IMG/VR virus record: IMGVR_UViG_3300042858_000011
Coordinates: 1 to 64,000 of that record
Length of the DNA: 64,000 nucleotides
Reading direction: 5' to 3' (one strand)
DNA from: a virus
Taxonomy: Duplodnaviria > Caudoviricetes
A program made the translations under genes and the position numbers. The notes beneath the pieces are model-generated. The model searched no databases. It was given only the letters and a program-made list of their open reading frames with translations, and was not told the DNA's origin. Positions 61,544 through 64,000 of this stretch are shown here, in pieces. Within the stretch, counting starts at the first letter, position 1; each line of letters starts with the position of its first letter.

Positions 61544-62701
61544 TCAAAACCAATCAATTTCATTTGAAGTATCTTTAACAGGAGATCTACCCAAATACAT
61601 AAACAAATACAAAACTAAATGCTTTGCTATGTTTGAATACGTTTGCAATGAATACTTACTTAATATATCCTCTCTAATCTTAGGTATTGATATTGTTACA
61701 CTATATAATTTATTTATCTGATTCATATTGGTAGCATCCAATGGAAATCCGACTACACTTATGATTTTATTTACAATCATTTTTAATTCATCATAACTCA
61801 ATTTTTGTAATTGTTGAATGTATTGTTTGAATGTTTGTTTTGATATTTTGTTTCCGAGCATCTCGATTATAGTATCAACTAAATCGTCTATTGGTTCAGG
61901 TTCCATTTTGAAGTTAATTATTGCATCATGATAATACCTACTGTAATCCCGTTCAGCAATCTCATCTTTAGTAATTTTCTTCTCTTTTGCTATATGTATT
62001 AGATTGTCTTTCAATCTGTTAGCATAGTTATTAACTCTTGCTCGCAAATAACCCGTCCACACATTATGTATTTTTTTCGGATTGGATTCTCTATCAACTA
62101 ATATTAATTGAGCCTTTCTTTCTGCAATTGACTCTAATAATCCTGATATGGATGAGAAATTGCTTGGATGTAATAAGTTAGATCTGGGTAATAGTCTTCT
62201 GGCTTGTTCAAGATCATGCTTGTTAAGTATTACAACAGACTTAGTTACTTGAACTATAAACATGATAGCAGAAAACATAAAGTAAAGATTACGAAGTATG
62301 GCTAGCTTATCTATAACTGGATTGTTATCACAATCTACTAACGTAACAACATCAGCATGTAAGACAATAGCCGCAAGATGCCATCTGTTCATATAGTAAA
62401 TTGGATTAGATAAACTTGGATCAAGAGTTTTATGAAGTTTGAATACTAATTCCTTTAATTCCTTTTGAACTATGCTGGTATTCGTATGCATCTTATCAAA
62501 CAATAGAGGACGAAATTTTTCTACACTGATAACATTTAAGTTGTCAACGTATGGTCTTATTTGAGTTGTAATTCTATCGGTTGTACGATACAAAGTTAGC
62601 ATATAATCTTCAAAATTTTGAAAACCAAAATAGCGCACAATATGCTCAATTAGTTCTTTTTGTTGATTATTTAACCAGTGAACATATTTACAGTTCGTCA
62701 T
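61544..62701 (-). CDS. Hypothetical helical protein
   Basis: 385-aa ORF, CTAAATTT at -15. Confidence 0.6.
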   Translation of the reverse strand: MTNCKYVHWLNNQQKELIEHIVRYFGFQNFEDYMLTLYRTTDRITTQIRPYVDNLNVISVEKFRPLLFDKMHTNTSIVQKELKELVFKLHKTLDPSLSNPIYYMNRWHLAAIVLHADVVTLVDCDNNPVIDKLAILRNLYFMFSAIMFIVQVTKSVVILNKHDLEQARRLLPRSNLLHPSNFSSISGLLESIAERKAQLILVDRESNPKKIHNVWTGYLRARVNNYANRLKDNLIHIAKEKKITKDEIAERDYSRYYHDAIINFKMEPEPIDDLVDTIIEMLGNKISKQTFKQYIQQLQKLSYDELKMIVNKIISVVGFPLDATNMNQINKLYSVTISIPKIREDILSKYSLQTYSNIAKHLVLYLFMYLGRSPVKDTSNEIDWF

Positions 62702-62748
62702 AATAGCTAAATTTAGCTGCGTTGTGTATTACTAATACATAAACAGTT

Positions 62749-62785
62749 GTGAACTACTCCATCTTCTACAAGATGGAGACTTCTC
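62749..62785 (-). mobile_element. Minimal IS605-type palindromic remnant (PATE-like)
   Basis: Minus strand GAGAAGTCTCCATCTTGTAGAAGATGGAGTAGTTCAC shares GAAGTCTCCATCTT with 59335-59348 and ends in TCAC. Confidence 0.65.
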
Positions 62786-62815
62786 ACCTAAATTTTTAAA
62801 AGCACATAATGAAAT

Positions 62816-64000
62816 ATGTTTATTCCAAATCAACTTGCACCTGGTGTTTACATCAATGTTGTATTTGCACCTGAACCATTAATTGGATTACCTGAAAAAT
62901 ACAATGCATTATTCTTTATTGTAGCAGAGAAAGGACCTGCAAATAAACCAGTGTATATAACATCAGCTCAAAGATTTCTTGATACTTTTGGTCAGCCAGA
63001 TCCGAAATTCCCATTAACATCACTTTATGCATATGAATATGTTAGGAATGGTGGACCAGCATATGTGGTTAGATTACTTCCAAGAAATGCTACAAAAGCT
63101 AATGCTACCTTAGCTCTTGTTCCTGATCCGGATGATGCAGATACCTATGTATGGGCATATGGGTATGTAGATTACTCTACTAATACATTTATTGGTCGCG
63201 ATGAAATTAATGATAGAAACGTATCACTACCTGTATCTGCAACTTATGCTCCACCAGAACCTAACAAAGCAGTTATAATTGCGCAATTTGGTGAATACGG
63301 TATGTATTACAATACCTATAGATTGAGATTTTCATTACCTTTACTTAGAACAAATAAAACATTTAATGTAGTTATAGAAAGAGTTATAGGAACACAAACT
63401 GAAAATGTTGCGGTATTCAATAATGTTACTTTTGAACCAAATGTAAATGAATTGGGATATCCAACACAAATTAATCATACTCTTTACACATTTAATCAAC
63501 CAGCATTTGAATACTTAAAGACTAACTACATAATAAAGTATAAAGATTATGAAACGAATACTATTACAGATACTAATACAAGACCAATAGATTCTGTTGA
63601 CATAGTGTATTCAACTAATACAATATGGAATTTTGCAGGTGGTTCTGATGGTGGATTAAGAGATCCGCTTACAGGTTTGGTAAATTTCTCATTGTTTGCT
63701 GATCTAGTTGTAGAAGCCGTATATGGTTATACTACATTACTTCCAAACAGAATACAAGGACTTATTGATGATGAAACAATATTCATCAAATACATTGTTG
63801 ATCCCTGTGATGAGAGATTTCCCTACACAAAGAGAAGATCAGTATGGAATGCTTTAGTTGATTTGGCTCAATCCAAGTATATGCTTAATGCTGGTGCTAT
63901 AGTTCTGAGTAACATAGCTGATTTGTTTGACTGGACAGATATAGGACTTTTAGATTCAACCAACCCTCCTATACCTAGACATTATCTACATGCAACTTAC
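62816..64000 (+). CDS. Tail sheath protein (partial, runs off the window; absent from the ORF track)
   Basis: MFIPNQLAPGVYINV...AEKGPANKPVYITS..FLDTFGQPD...YVVRL...AGGSDG; AGC at -15. Confidence 0.9.
   Translation, partial: MFIPNQLAPGVYINVVFAPEPLIGLPEKYNALFFIVAEKGPANKPVYITSAQRFLDTFGQPDPKFPLTSLYAYEYVRNGGPAYVVRLLPRNATKANATLALVPDPDDADTYVWAYGYVDYSTNTFIGRDEINDRNVSLPVSATYAPPEPNKAVIIAQFGEYGMYYNTYRLRFSLPLLRTNKTFNVVIERVIGTQTENVAVFNNVTFEPNVNELGYPTQINHTLYTFNQPAFEYLKTNYIIKYKDYETNTITDTNTRPIDSVDIVYSTNTIWNFAGGSDGGLRDPLTGLVNFSLFADLVVEAVYGYTTLLPNRIQGLIDDETIFIKYIVDPCDERFPYTKRRSVWNALVDLAQSKYMLNAGAIVLSNIADLFDWTDIGLLDSTNPPIPRHYLHATY

Noticed and set aside
1-64000. CRISPR array, tRNA or rRNA genes
   Set aside because: No regularly spaced direct repeats or cloverleaf/rRNA signatures seen; intergenic spaces are very short

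Overview
A 64-kb segment of an AT-rich, jumbo-phage-like myovirus genome. The host is probably a thermophilic Aquificae bacterium: ThyX has the Aquifex-type duplicated form, and nrdA, tnpB and an XRE gene have host-like higher-GC composition. The window carries T4-like morphogenesis genes (large terminase, portal, gp23-like capsid, neck, tail sheath, baseplate/tail candidates) and a replisome (PolB split into two distant genes with a family-4 UDG fused to the exonuclease half, primase, DnaB-like helicase, 5'-3' exonuclease, SNF2, Holliday resolvase). It also has four fragments of multisubunit RNA polymerase, including two paralogous beta N-terminal pieces, the 7-deazaguanine enzymes QueE/QueD, an AcrIII-1 (DUF1874) ring nuclease, and IS200/IS605 elements. 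Read by eye, the most striking structure is the gene-expression grammar. Most genes look monocistronic and leaderless and end in hairpin-less oligo-T tracts. They are preceded at about -14 by one of two motifs: CTAAATTT (replication/early class) or AGC[A/T/G] (structural/late class). These two classes also separate the RNAP fragments into two sets. Other highlights are a probable split-intein N-fragment right after the beta-prime catalytic DFDGD, a -1 frameshift in a tail-chaperone-like gene, a 13-aa polylysine micropeptide, and a promoter-driven orphan omegaRNA-like IS605 derivative. All family assignments come from motif recognition only; no searches were run.
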